Shown here: positions 7,746-17,345 of the stretch, in pieces
How the letters are laid out: every line of letters begins with the position of its first letter
How positions within the stretch are numbered: the first letter of the stretch is position 1
Origin: Bdellovibrionales bacterium
Lineage (GTDB): Bacteria; Bdellovibrionota; Bdellovibrionia; Bdellovibrionales; JAUICD01
Reading direction: 5' to 3'
DNA: 64,000 nucleotides
Assembly: GCA_965262715.1 (NCBI GenBank)
Contig: OZ253553.1
Location: 1,760,001 to 1,824,000, forward strand
The notes under the pieces: model-generated
Databases searched by the model: none
The model's input: only the letters and a program-made list of their open reading frames with translations
Told to the model about the DNA's origin: nothing
Translations under genes and position numbers: made by a program

Positions 7746-10361
7746 CTAATGTCTTATCAGTTTTTGTAGATCTTTTTCCCATGAATTTTCCATTAAAATT
7801 TTAAAAACCATTTTCTGCTCAGAAGATGTTGCTGTTTCAAACTCTCCCACATCAATAGGCTTTTGACAGTAATGTTGCAAAAGTCGAAATAACTTTTCCT
7901 TGTATTGTGTATCTTCATTTCCTTTAAGGTGATCACCTTTAGTCTCTAAAATAATATATTTGCTTTTAGATTTGTTAACTGAAGTTTTAGGTTCTGAGAC
8001 ATAATAAGCTAAAAAATCTGGCCAAACTTTTCTCTTCTGCCAACCTTGAAGATGGTAATCTTGCTTAGAGATCATTCTATGCCACCATTTAATAGCTTTT
8101 TGTTCATCTAAATACCAGGCTACTTGCTTTTCAAAGTTGTTATAATTCTTTTCATAAGTTTTTTCAAATAAACTGAGCTGTAAAGGACTGTCATCTTTCT
8201 TTCTTAAAACCTTATTTGTATTTGATATTATAAAGCCTATTTTTGTATTCAGTGTCCAATTGATATCAATACGATCTTTAAAAATTTTAAAACAAATTTC
8301 CCCATTCTCTAATTTCTGTCTAAATAAGTCCTCTGATAGTTTATCAATCTGACCTTTTATATCTTTTTCTATTTCATTAAGTAAAAAGTTCCTATTCAAA
8401 TATATTGTTTCATCGGGCATTCCTTGAGATTTTAAGGAATCTATAACCTCATCTAGTATTCTTCCAGCTTCTATGGGATTTGGGATAAAATGACAAAGCC
8501 TCCTTGTCATTAAGGAAAAATTGATAGAGGTGTCATATTCGTTGTGAGTTTGTCTTTGGACTTCAGGTAAATCTAAGTTGCCATATTTATCTTCAATATC
8601 TATCTTTATGAGATCTGTCTTTAGAGATTTTATGTTTTCTATTGTCATCTTATCTTTTTTAGAGTAAGAAATTTTGGCATAGTCTATATTTTGAAGAATA
8701 TCTGATTCATAAATAATATTTCTCCAAAAACCTTTGTCTTTATACAAAACACGAGGCAAGAAGACTTTAGTTTTCTCAAATCCTTTTCGTCGGGCTATAG
8801 GTTGTTTTTTTAAAGAGTTGTCATCATATTTGATGTGATCAATCACATCGTCCATACCTTCTTTTTGCAAACCTTTTTTTATGTCTTCTACAATCTCTTT
8901 AACAATCCTATTATAACAAAACACATAACTTTCATTCAGGTCAGGAAAAGATTTTATTTCTTTTGCATAAGGTTGTCTTAAAACTCGACCTATTAATTGA
9001 GTTAAAGCTTGTTTGGATTGAGAATTACCTAGTATTGCCAAAACATAAGCAAAAGGGCAATCCCATCCCTCTTGTAAGGCCTTATTAGTAATAATATACC
9101 TCACAGGAGATACATCGCTTAATAAATCTTCATCTTTTATTTCATTTCTGCCAGAAGTCTTGATGCGGACAGCAGTAGGTAAAACAGCAAGATGATTGAT
9201 TAAATAATCTTTAGCATCCTCCGAATGAATAAATTGACCACCTCTTTGATCTTTTCCCGTTCGCTCTACTTGAATCAGCATAATAGGTCGAATATAGCAA
9301 TCGGAGTTTTTAAAGTGTTCCTGAGATTGTTTATCTAATTCTAAACATTTTTCATAAGCTTGATATAAAGTTTTTTTCCAATCCCCTCTTTCGGAGTTTA
9401 AGATATTAATAGGGATTTTAATCATCTCTTCTTCTTTCAACCTCACTCCTGAAACATTCACCAAGACATTACTTTTATGTTCTTTCATATTAGGTGTGGC
9501 CGAGAGCTCTAATATAAAACGAGGATTTAACTTAGAAATAGTATCTTTAGCTAGTTTAGAATAGGCTTTATGACCTTCATCTAAAATAATAAGAGGTCTC
9601 ACAATTCTTAAAGCATTCCCTAAGCTGTGTTTTATAGATATATTTTTGACTCCTCCAAAATTTTGAGAGAGGTCTCCGTGAAAATCAAGATTTTGTATTT
9701 GGGAGAGCAATTCATTATTGGCTTTATAATTATCTGGTTGAGGAAAAAAGTTAATAAAATGACCTGAGTCTTTAAAAACTCTTAAAGATTCTTTTGTTTC
9801 GCGATTTGCTGATTGCAGCATAAGTAACATAATACATAAATGCTCTTTTATATCTTGATGAGAAAAGGCAGATGCTTTTTCCAATATCTTAACTCGCTGA
9901 CCACTAGCTCTTTCTAAAACTTGCCGGTAGGGATGACTTTTATTTTTAAAGCTTTTGATAGTTTGCCTATAAATAGCTTCTGTAGGCACAATCCATAAAA
10001 TCAATCCTGTATTTTTCTCAAAATAATCAAAGTTAATAGATTCAACTGCATTTACTCCAATAAGAGTCTTTCCACCTCCTGTAGGTATTTTTAAGCAAAT
10101 GTGAGGGATACTGTTATCAAGACCATCTGTTTTAGATAGGTAGGGAAGGCTTTGAATGCAGCCTTTTTGATCTTTGGATATAGGAAGTTTACTTTCTAAT
10201 TTCTCCCATGCTTTTTTACAGAAATCTGTAAATTTTCTTTCTTGTCCTTTTTGTCTGTAATGTTCTACAAGTATATTCTCTTCTTGATAAGCCTTTTTAA
10301 GGATACCTAAATATTCACTTAACCTTTCTAAAACAGCAGATTGAAAATCTTTAAGCTCCAT
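7746..10361 (-). CDS. res: Type III restriction endonuclease Res subunit
   Basis: PTGGGKT Walker A, DEGH, SATP, LQEGWDCP, QLIGRVLR, C-terminal PDF...ILETKG nuclease motif; coupled to mod. Confidence 0.9.
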   Translation of the reverse strand: MELKDFQSAVLERLSEYLGILKKAYQEENILVEHYRQKGQERKFTDFCKKAWEKLESKLPISKDQKGCIQSLPYLSKTDGLDNSIPHICLKIPTGGGKTLIGVNAVESINFDYFEKNTGLILWIVPTEAIYRQTIKSFKNKSHPYRQVLERASGQRVKILEKASAFSHQDIKEHLCIMLLMLQSANRETKESLRVFKDSGHFINFFPQPDNYKANNELLSQIQNLDFHGDLSQNFGGVKNISIKHSLGNALRIVRPLIILDEGHKAYSKLAKDTISKLNPRFILELSATPNMKEHKSNVLVNVSGVRLKEEEMIKIPINILNSERGDWKKTLYQAYEKCLELDKQSQEHFKNSDCYIRPIMLIQVERTGKDQRGGQFIHSEDAKDYLINHLAVLPTAVRIKTSGRNEIKDEDLLSDVSPVRYIITNKALQEGWDCPFAYVLAILGNSQSKQALTQLIGRVLRQPYAKEIKSFPDLNESYVFCYNRIVKEIVEDIKKGLQKEGMDDVIDHIKYDDNSLKKQPIARRKGFEKTKVFLPRVLYKDKGFWRNIIYESDILQNIDYAKISYSKKDKMTIENIKSLKTDLIKIDIEDKYGNLDLPEVQRQTHNEYDTSINFSLMTRRLCHFIPNPIEAGRILDEVIDSLKSQGMPDETIYLNRNFLLNEIEKDIKGQIDKLSEDLFRQKLENGEICFKIFKDRIDINWTLNTKIGFIISNTNKVLRKKDDSPLQLSLFEKTYEKNYNNFEKQVAWYLDEQKAIKWWHRMISKQDYHLQGWQKRKVWPDFLAYYVSEPKTSVNKSKSKYIILETKGDHLKGNEDTQYKEKLFRLLQHYCQKPIDVGEFETATSSEQKMVFKILMENSWEKDLQKLIRH

Positions 10362-10362
10362 T

Positions 10363-12150
10363 CTATGATCCTACCAATCTGTAAATATTAAAAGGAATTT
10401 GACAAAATACAATATTGTCTTTTAGAAGGTCTTTTTGAGGGATAAAACAGGCCATAGCAAAGACATAAGCTTTTCTGCAATTTTTACTCTGCATTATTTT
10501 TAAAATTTTAGATTTTCGATCAAGATGTAAAGCGGAATCATTGTTTTTCAAAAAGTTCTTGTTTGGTTTATACACAACAAAAACAGCTATATTTTGTTTT
10601 GTTTTTCCTACATAAAAATCTTTATTTTCATTTAAGTTTTTGAGAGTTTCCCCTGTAGCTGTATGAAATATATATCTAGCAAGAATATCATAACTTGGTA
10701 GGGACTTTCCTCTTATAAAGTTTTCTTCATCAAATTCCTTATCCAGTTTGCAATAAGTAAAGGATCCACCTAAGCCTTTTTGAAGCTTTTCATCCTTAGC
10801 TGTGGAAACCCCTTTGATAATACGGCGAACACGCTCTGCTGTAATTCGATCTGCGTAATCTTGACATTCTACTAAAATAAACTTGCGGTGACCTCCGTCT
10901 TCTTTATTAAGATCTAGTACGGCTTGAGCTGTTGTGCCCGATCCTGCAAAGGAATCTAAAATAATGGCACTTGGAGAACTTAAACTTTCTAAAAGATATT
11001 TGATCATACGAGATGATTTAGGATAAGGAAATTCAATATTAAGGTCACTTAACTCCTTGGTGCCTTCTATGGTTCCTCCTACAGCATCTTGACTTAAAAA
11101 GCTGTTTAGTTTTTTATCTTGTTTATTTAACTTCTGTTTAAAGTGAATGCTCCATTTATCGTTTATTTTTTCAAATTTGATTTTACCTGATAAAGAATTA
11201 AATGAAGAAAACTTTCTAAGAGGAAAATCAATGTTAAAATCACTCAACTCTTGACTATCTTCTGTATCTTGGTTTAAAAGACTTCTTAGTTTTTTACCTT
11301 GCTCATTTAATCTTTGCTTAAATTGAATGCTCCATTTGTTTTTTATTTTTTCAAATTTGACTTCACCTGATAAAATATCCTTTCGAACGCGATCTTTTGA
11401 ATGTATCCAAGATCCGTTGATTTTTGTTCCATCTGGGGCTTTAATATCATATTTTTGACCTTTAAGTCCGGGACGGTTTAACGTGTCCCAAAAGAATCTG
11501 CCTTTTTCATCTTCCTCTGTATATCTGCCTAAATATTCTTGCTCATGCTTTACAAACATAGGAGGTAATGATTCTTTATCTTTAGCATAAACAATAATAT
11601 ATTCATGGCTCTTTACGATATGCTTTGTGTTGCTACCTCCTCCTATTTTTGTGGGCTTAACAATGGTTGCAAGATGATTGTCTTCTCCAAAAATTTCATC
11701 CATGATAAGCTGTAGATGACGTTGTTCATTATCGTCAATGGAAATACAAATGACTCCATCATCAGCAAGCAACTCTTTAAGTAGTTGCAGTCTTGGCCAC
11801 ATCATACAAAGCCATTTATCATGTTTTTCTAAGTCTTCGATACCAACTTCTTTTCCAAGCCATTCTTCTATTATAGGACTATTCATATTATCATTAAAAA
11901 CCCAGTTTTCATTACCTGTGTTGTAGGGTGGGTCAATGTAAATGCATTTAATTCGACCAGCATATCTTGGCATAAGAGCTTTTAGGGCATGAAGGTTATC
12001 TCCATAAATGATTAAGTTATCCTCTAAAGAAGGGCTTTCTTGTGATGAATTTACAAGAGATTTGTTTTTATTTATTTTTAATGGGTGAAAAGGCACACTA
12101 AGATGGTGAGAATAAATAATAGACCTTCCTTTAAAGTTTAAAATCGGCAT
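10363..12150 (-). CDS. mod: Type III R-M N6-adenine methyltransferase Mod
   Basis: GDNL, IYIDPPYNTG, ISIDDNE, FPYPK, LDSFAGSGTT motifs. Confidence 0.93.
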   Translation of the reverse strand: MPILNFKGRSIIYSHHLSVPFHPLKINKNKSLVNSSQESPSLEDNLIIYGDNLHALKALMPRYAGRIKCIYIDPPYNTGNENWVFNDNMNSPIIEEWLGKEVGIEDLEKHDKWLCMMWPRLQLLKELLADDGVICISIDDNEQRHLQLIMDEIFGEDNHLATIVKPTKIGGGSNTKHIVKSHEYIIVYAKDKESLPPMFVKHEQEYLGRYTEEDEKGRFFWDTLNRPGLKGQKYDIKAPDGTKINGSWIHSKDRVRKDILSGEVKFEKIKNKWSIQFKQRLNEQGKKLRSLLNQDTEDSQELSDFNIDFPLRKFSSFNSLSGKIKFEKINDKWSIHFKQKLNKQDKKLNSFLSQDAVGGTIEGTKELSDLNIEFPYPKSSRMIKYLLESLSSPSAIILDSFAGSGTTAQAVLDLNKEDGGHRKFILVECQDYADRITAERVRRIIKGVSTAKDEKLQKGLGGSFTYCKLDKEFDEENFIRGKSLPSYDILARYIFHTATGETLKNLNENKDFYVGKTKQNIAVFVVYKPNKNFLKNNDSALHLDRKSKILKIMQSKNCRKAYVFAMACFIPQKDLLKDNIVFCQIPFNIYRLVGS

Positions 12151-12394
12151 ATTTCACCTTTTGTATTTTTATTGATAATCTCCAATACCTATAACAAATA
12201 TATTTATCAAAATATCATAACAAAAACTTTTATAAAAAATCAAAAAAATCCTGAGTTTATAGATAAAACGTAACGCGCCGAATCATATATTTGTGAAGGT
12301 TGGATGTTATGATATTTTTTCTTTTGTTAACTTTTTATTTGAGTTGTAACATATCATGATTATAAGGAATCAAAATATAATTCACTAAGGTCAT

Positions 12395-13591
12395 TCAATA
12401 AGAGGAAAGTATATCTCTATAAAGGCAATGCACACCCCAGAAAGCATAGGAGCCAATTTCTTTTGGTATTGTTAAATCATTCAGTGTATTATATGTACTC
12501 TCTTCCATTAAGGGTCGCCTTACATCTGGTCTTGGGGGTATATGGGGTAAGCCCAGTCCATGTCCCATTTCATGCGTGATAGTGTTGACTAAAGTGGTTG
12601 AACTTTGAGTTTCCATCATTTCTATGTCCACGTTCAAGAGTCTTATAATTCCATCATATTTAAAAAACCGAACCCTTTCGGACTCCATACTTCGAAGGTC
12701 TTCAATATCTTGATCAAGCCCTTTTGAATCAATTCCTTTTATTAAGTTTGTTGAATTTATACTATTTATGGTATCTCGTCTTTTTTCCAAATTTTCTAAG
12801 ACTAAAGATCTGTATTTTTCAACAGTTATATTTTCAAGATGAAAAAAGACCATCCTACGAAGATCACCTATACTTACATCAAAAAGAGGCACTTCAACTC
12901 CCAACTGCTGCAAATTTCTAATGAGACTATATCTATAATATTCTAAGTCAGTTAGTGCCTCCTCTCTAATCATCATATCCGTTTCAACAATAGGCAAAAA
13001 AGGTAAAGACTCATCAATGATTTTTGGAAAAACATTTCTTGAAAGCCCTGGCAAAAAAAGGTCAGTATCTGTTAATTGATTTTGATTAAAATCTGTTGAT
13101 ATTTCCTGAAAGGATTTTCCATCAACTAAATAAATAACACTCTTTTGATCTAAACGATTATGCTCCGTGTTGATAGGATTTCGATCTATTTCACTACTGA
13201 TTCTGATAACATCTTCTCTAAGTTTCATGTTCCATGCATCTGCCGCGACATAAAAGAATGGCCTATATTCTCTAGGAATGCTCTCGTGTAGGTAATATTC
13301 TTTTGGAAGGGATATTAAAGCCATAGGCTTAACGCGACCATCTTTAGCGAGATGAACAGTGGTCAGAAATGGACATATTCGGTTATTTCTAAACCATGAA
13401 AAGGATCGTTCTAAAGGTTGTAATAAAGATATCATATTTACTGTAGAAAAGCTTGAAGAGCTTGTTATGTAAATTAGAAAAAAAATGACTATTATTTTAA
13501 AATGTGCTGTTTTCATTGTACATCCTTGGTTACTTGTAGCTGGTTTATGATACCCCTCAAATAAAAAAAGCTCATAACTAGTTTCTAGCAA
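12395..13591 (-). CDS. Secreted metzincin/matrixin-like zinc metallopeptidase
   Basis: HEMGHGLGLPH followed by a Met-turn (PLM); signal peptide from the internal MKTAHF start. Confidence 0.75.
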   Translation of the reverse strand: MLETSYELFLFEGYHKPATSNQGCTMKTAHFKIIVIFFLIYITSSSSFSTVNMISLLQPLERSFSWFRNNRICPFLTTVHLAKDGRVKPMALISLPKEYYLHESIPREYRPFFYVAADAWNMKLREDVIRISSEIDRNPINTEHNRLDQKSVIYLVDGKSFQEISTDFNQNQLTDTDLFLPGLSRNVFPKIIDESLPFLPIVETDMMIREEALTDLEYYRYSLIRNLQQLGVEVPLFDVSIGDLRRMVFFHLENITVEKYRSLVLENLEKRRDTINSINSTNLIKGIDSKGLDQDIEDLRSMESERVRFFKYDGIIRLLNVDIEMMETQSSTTLVNTITHEMGHGLGLPHIPPRPDVRRPLMEESTYNTLNDLTIPKEIGSYAFWGVHCLYRDILSSY

Positions 13592-13645
13592 TAGTTCTTA
13601 GGAACTGAATGCTGGACTGCCCAGTTGCTAAATAAAAATAAACAC

Positions 13646-14215
13646 TTAAAGCTGAATTTCTCTGGTAGTTTGTTCAAATCCTTTTTTTAAAATATCTTCA
13701 ATACTATCTTTGATCTTCTTCATTAAAAGAGGAAGCTTTTCTTGCTCTTCTTTTGAGAAATGACTTAAAACATAATTTCTTCCATTTAGATGCCCTTGTG
13801 ATTTTCCTATACCAAATCGCAATCTTATATAATCTTTGCTGCCTAATTGATCATGGATATGCTGTACCCCATTGTGAGAGGCTGCGCCTCTGTTTTTTTG
13901 AAACTTACATATCCCAAAGGGTAAGTCCATTTCATCATGGACTACAAGTAAATGTGCCAATGGGATTTTGTAATATGTCATGAGGGCTTGAACAGCAAGG
14001 CCTGAAAGATTCATGTATGTTAAAGGCTGACATAAAATAAGATGCTCACCATTTGATTTGATATGGTAGGTTTGAGATTTGCATTCTTTTTTAGAGATAA
14101 TATGAATATCAGAAGGTAAGTTATCCTTACAATAATCTATAAACATAAAGCCTATATTGTGCCTTGTGTTTTGATACTTTTGATCAGGATTACCAAGTCC
14201 CACGATTAACCACAT
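13646..14215 (-). CDS. pth: Peptidyl-tRNA hydrolase
   Basis: LIVGLGNP, TRHNIGF, PLTYMNLSG, HNGV, RLRFGIG. Confidence 0.97.
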   Translation of the reverse strand: MWLIVGLGNPDQKYQNTRHNIGFMFIDYCKDNLPSDIHIISKKECKSQTYHIKSNGEHLILCQPLTYMNLSGLAVQALMTYYKIPLAHLLVVHDEMDLPFGICKFQKNRGAASHNGVQHIHDQLGSKDYIRLRFGIGKSQGHLNGRNYVLSHFSKEEQEKLPLLMKKIKDSIEDILKKGFEQTTREIQL

Positions 14216-14240
14216 TATAAGTATCCTTTAATTCTTACAA

Positions 14241-15068
14241 TCAACCAAAACAAAAAGGGGTATTGGAATTGAACAGCAAGCATTCCATAAAAGATAATGA
14301 ATTTTTAATTTGGTTTACAAGAGATTTTCTCCGTGCATAACAGATAGTATCATTTCCTTGTTCATGGCAAATAAGAGGTTGAAATAGAAATCTTGGATCA
14401 GAACATCCTTCATAAAGATGAAAGTTTTCCTCAGAACATACAATGACTTTATCTTTTTCGTGCATTACGAAAAATTCTTCATAGAGTGGCTGCCAGTCTA
14501 TTGTTTTTCCATGAAGTAAGCCATCTATCCAAGCGATGTTCATAATATCATTGTGGCCATGTTTTTGTCTTAAATCACAATGTCCTAATTCATGAAATAA
14601 AACCACCTCTCTTATTTCATCATTGTCCTGATAATATTCCCAAAATCCGCGGTCTATTATTACCACAGAATTATAATAGAAACTCACTGCAGCTCCTATT
14701 AGACTTTCATCATAGCCGACTGATCTTGGAAATGGGGTTATACTTAGAAAGATTTTAACATCTGGATGAATAGACATAGGTTGACCGTTGCCCAGATACT
14801 GGCCTTTTAAGGTCTCATATTTTTCAATATAAGGCTCAAACTCAGGATCAGTTTGCATTTCTGGAAGAGTATTCAATAAAAAATCTGAGTGTGGTTGCAG
14901 TACATCCTGAATATCTGTCAATAAACCTAAGGTTTCATCTGGATTTTTAATATCACTCATTATTTTTCGAGCAAGTTCTTGTAAGCTTTGCTCTGATGAT
15001 TGAGCAAAAAGAGTTTGAGTATTTAGTAAACACAGAATGAATAAAAAAATAAAAATAATTTGTTTCAT
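14241..15068 (-). CDS. Secreted HEXXH zinc metallopeptidase-like protein (paralog 2)
   Basis: Signal peptide, VLFHELGHCDLRQKH..IM, Cys-rich C-terminus; clear paralog of 15608-16435. Confidence 0.7.
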   Translation of the reverse strand: MKQIIFIFLFILCLLNTQTLFAQSSEQSLQELARKIMSDIKNPDETLGLLTDIQDVLQPHSDFLLNTLPEMQTDPEFEPYIEKYETLKGQYLGNGQPMSIHPDVKIFLSITPFPRSVGYDESLIGAAVSFYYNSVVIIDRGFWEYYQDNDEIREVVLFHELGHCDLRQKHGHNDIMNIAWIDGLLHGKTIDWQPLYEEFFVMHEKDKVIVCSEENFHLYEGCSDPRFLFQPLICHEQGNDTICYARRKSLVNQIKNSLSFMECLLFNSNTPFCFG

Positions 15069-15225
15069 AATTTATACTTTTGCAGATGCCACTACATGCC
15101 ATGTTAATCATAAGCTTCAGACAAACTCAATATAATGTTATTTATATGTGCGTTGTGTTGCTATGCGTGTTACCTTATAATAAAATGTTACCGAGAGGTT
15201 GAACGTGAATGATAATGCCTGATAC

Positions 15226-15301
15226 TGATGCCAGATTGCTTGAATGCCAGATCCCGGAAAAAAGATGCTTAAAATGCAAAATTTATTTTTGAGACCAGTT
15301 C
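15226..15301. repeat. Family C repeat followed by a family D terminal repeat
   Basis: GATGCCAGA...GCCAGATCCCGGAAAAAAGATGCTTAA then TTATTTTTGAGACCAGTTC; the same C motif occurs at 16546 and 44085. Confidence 0.7.
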
Positions 15302-15577
15302 GGGCGTCAAGAAGGAAACAAACAGTTTCCATGCTTTGCAAAGGATAAACAGGGTACTGGTAAAGTGGGTAAGAAGGACCTTAAAGAGTATGAGAAGAAG
15401 TTTTAGAAGGTCCAACAGATGGTTAAAAGGATTTGCGAGAGCAAACCAAGATTTATTTGCACACTGGAAGCTGGTACTGCCATAACAAGGTTTGGAATGA
15501 TAAGAGCCGTGTGGCGGGAGACTGTCACGCACGGTTCTGTGAGAGCTTAGGGGTGAAATTCCTCTATTCTACTGGAC
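15302..15577 (+). mobile_element. 3' remnant of a bacterial group II intron (class D-like): maturase C-terminus plus domains V and VI
   Basis: The frame encodes LQRINRVLVKWVRR...RWLKGFARANQDLFAHWKL* (stop 15483-15485); domain V GAGCCGTGTGGCGGGAGACTGTCACGCACGGTTC (15504-15537); domain VI ends CTACTGGAC. Confidence 0.88.
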
Positions 15578-15607
15578 TATCTGTAAATTCAAAGACAAGT
15601 AGAGCTG

Positions 15608-16435
15608 TCAGAAACCTAAGCTGTTAATCAAAACAGGTAATCCAGACCTAAGTCCATCTATAAAATCTTCTTTCCATCTATAACAATTGGTATCATTTTC
15701 CTCTTCAAAGCAGGTTCTACTTCCACGTGGGACTCTTAGAGGAGGAGGAGAAGAGCATTTTTCATAAAGATGCATGTTTTCTTCAGAACACATTATATCT
15801 ATATCTAGCTCTCCTATCATGAAAAATTCTTCATAGAGTGGCTGCCAATTTATTGTTCTTGAATTAAGGAGATCATCTCCCCAGGCCGTACCCATAATGG
15901 CATTATGACCATGCCCTTGTTTTAAATCACAATGACCTAACTCGTGAATTAACACAGCTCCTCTGATTTCATCATTGTCTTGGTAATATTCCCAAAATCC
16001 GCGATCTATTATAATGAGACCAAGCGCATCATCAGCATCAAAACAAACTCCAGAATTTTCTAAAGTTTCATCGTAGCTTGGCGCAAAGAAAAATGGTGAT
16101 GCAGTTAGAACTATCTTAATATCTGGGTTAATAGGCATAGGTTGGCCACTGCCCATATATTGCCCTTTTAAAGCTTCATATTTTTCAATATAAGGCTCAA
16201 ATTCAGGATAAGTTTGCATTTCTGGAAAGATATTGAAAAAGAAGTCTGAATGTGGTCGTAAATTATCTTGAATATCTACCAATAAACTTGAATTTTGTTC
16301 TGGATTCTTGATATCACTCATTAGTTTTTGCATTAGTTCTTGAGCAAGTTCTTGTAGTGCTTGCTCTGATGATTGAGCAAAAAGTGTTTGAGTGGTTATT
16401 AATATTAAACATAAAATAAATAAAGTTTGTTTCAT
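15608..16435 (-). CDS. Secreted HEXXH zinc metallopeptidase-like protein (paralog 1)
   Basis: Signal peptide, LIHELGHCDLKQGH..IM; tandem paralog of 14241-15068. Confidence 0.7.
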   Translation of the reverse strand: MKQTLFILCLILITTQTLFAQSSEQALQELAQELMQKLMSDIKNPEQNSSLLVDIQDNLRPHSDFFFNIFPEMQTYPEFEPYIEKYEALKGQYMGSGQPMPINPDIKIVLTASPFFFAPSYDETLENSGVCFDADDALGLIIIDRGFWEYYQDNDEIRGAVLIHELGHCDLKQGHGHNAIMGTAWGDDLLNSRTINWQPLYEEFFMIGELDIDIMCSEENMHLYEKCSSPPPLRVPRGSRTCFEEENDTNCYRWKEDFIDGLRSGLPVLINSLGF

Positions 16436-16545
16436 AATTCACCATTCTAATAAAAATTACAGTACGTCCTAAGTCCAAAAAAGGCCTTTATACCACTAGA
16501 TAAGCAATGAGTCAAATAGAACTTAGATGCAAAATTCAAATTAGA

Positions 16546-16620
16546 GATGCCGGATACTTTAATTCCGGGTACAGTATGCCAGACTGCTGGATTGCTAGAT
16601 CCTGGAAAAAAAAGATGCTT
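16546..16620. repeat. Family C repeat
   Basis: GATGCCGGATACTTTAATTCCGGGTACAGTATGCCAGACTGC...GATCCTGGAAAAAAAAGA, nearly identical to 44085-44153. Confidence 0.8.
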
Positions 16621-16649
16621 AAGTAGTTATGAACCTTATTTATAATATT

Positions 16650-17339
16650 TTATTTCTTCTTTTGAGCTGCTTCTTTTGGTTTTTGAGCCTCTTTATCTTT
16701 ATCTGCAGCAGGTTTGGCATCAGAAGTAGGAGCCGCTGCTGTTTTTTCAGATGGAGTAGGAGTTTCAACAGCAACTTTCTTAGGTTCTTTTACAGCGCAT
16801 AAGGGCAGATCTGTAGACACAATAGATTTAACTCCTGCAGGAAGCTTAAGATCAGAAATATGATAAACATCACCCACTTTTAAAGAACTTACATCTATTG
16901 GCATTTGTTCAGGAATTTGGCCTGGCAAACAAGATAGCCTAATACTTCTTTGCATAACTTCTAAAACACCACCTTCTTTTTCTCCAATGGCCTTTCCTGT
17001 AAAATTAAGTTCAATGGTGACAGAAACTTTTTTGGTCATATCAGGAGCATAAAAATCTAGATGCAAAGGACTTCGAGTGACAGGATCTCTTTCAAGAGCC
17101 TTAATCAAAACAGGAGCATCATGAATTTGACTATTTTCTTCACACTGTAGGTAGAAAATAGTATTTTCAAAATGCTTATCTAAATATTTAGTAAAGGTTT
17201 TGTGTGTTAGCGCAATCAAATTGTTAGGAATGGCTCCATATACAACAGCTGGGATCTTTTCCTGCTTGCGTAAGGCGCGTGTAATACGCTTCCCAACAAC
17301 TCTCATCTCAACATCTATTTTTATAGAAGATTCCATCAT
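16650..17339 (-). CDS. rplY: 50S ribosomal protein L25 / general stress protein Ctc
   Basis: LRKQEKIPAVVYG, HLDFY, GEKEGGVL, IDVSSL; follows prs. Confidence 0.93.
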   Translation of the reverse strand: MMESSIKIDVEMRVVGKRITRALRKQEKIPAVVYGAIPNNLIALTHKTFTKYLDKHFENTIFYLQCEENSQIHDAPVLIKALERDPVTRSPLHLDFYAPDMTKKVSVTIELNFTGKAIGEKEGGVLEVMQRSIRLSCLPGQIPEQMPIDVSSLKVGDVYHISDLKLPAGVKSIVSTDLPLCAVKEPKKVAVETPTPSEKTAAAPTSDAKPAADKDKEAQKPKEAAQKKK

Positions 17340-17345
17340 TACACC

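Noticed and set aside
15138..15627. ORFs 15138-15341, 15269-15532 and 15433-15627
   Set aside because: They are shadow frames over the intron remnant and repeats; the real coding remnant is in another frame
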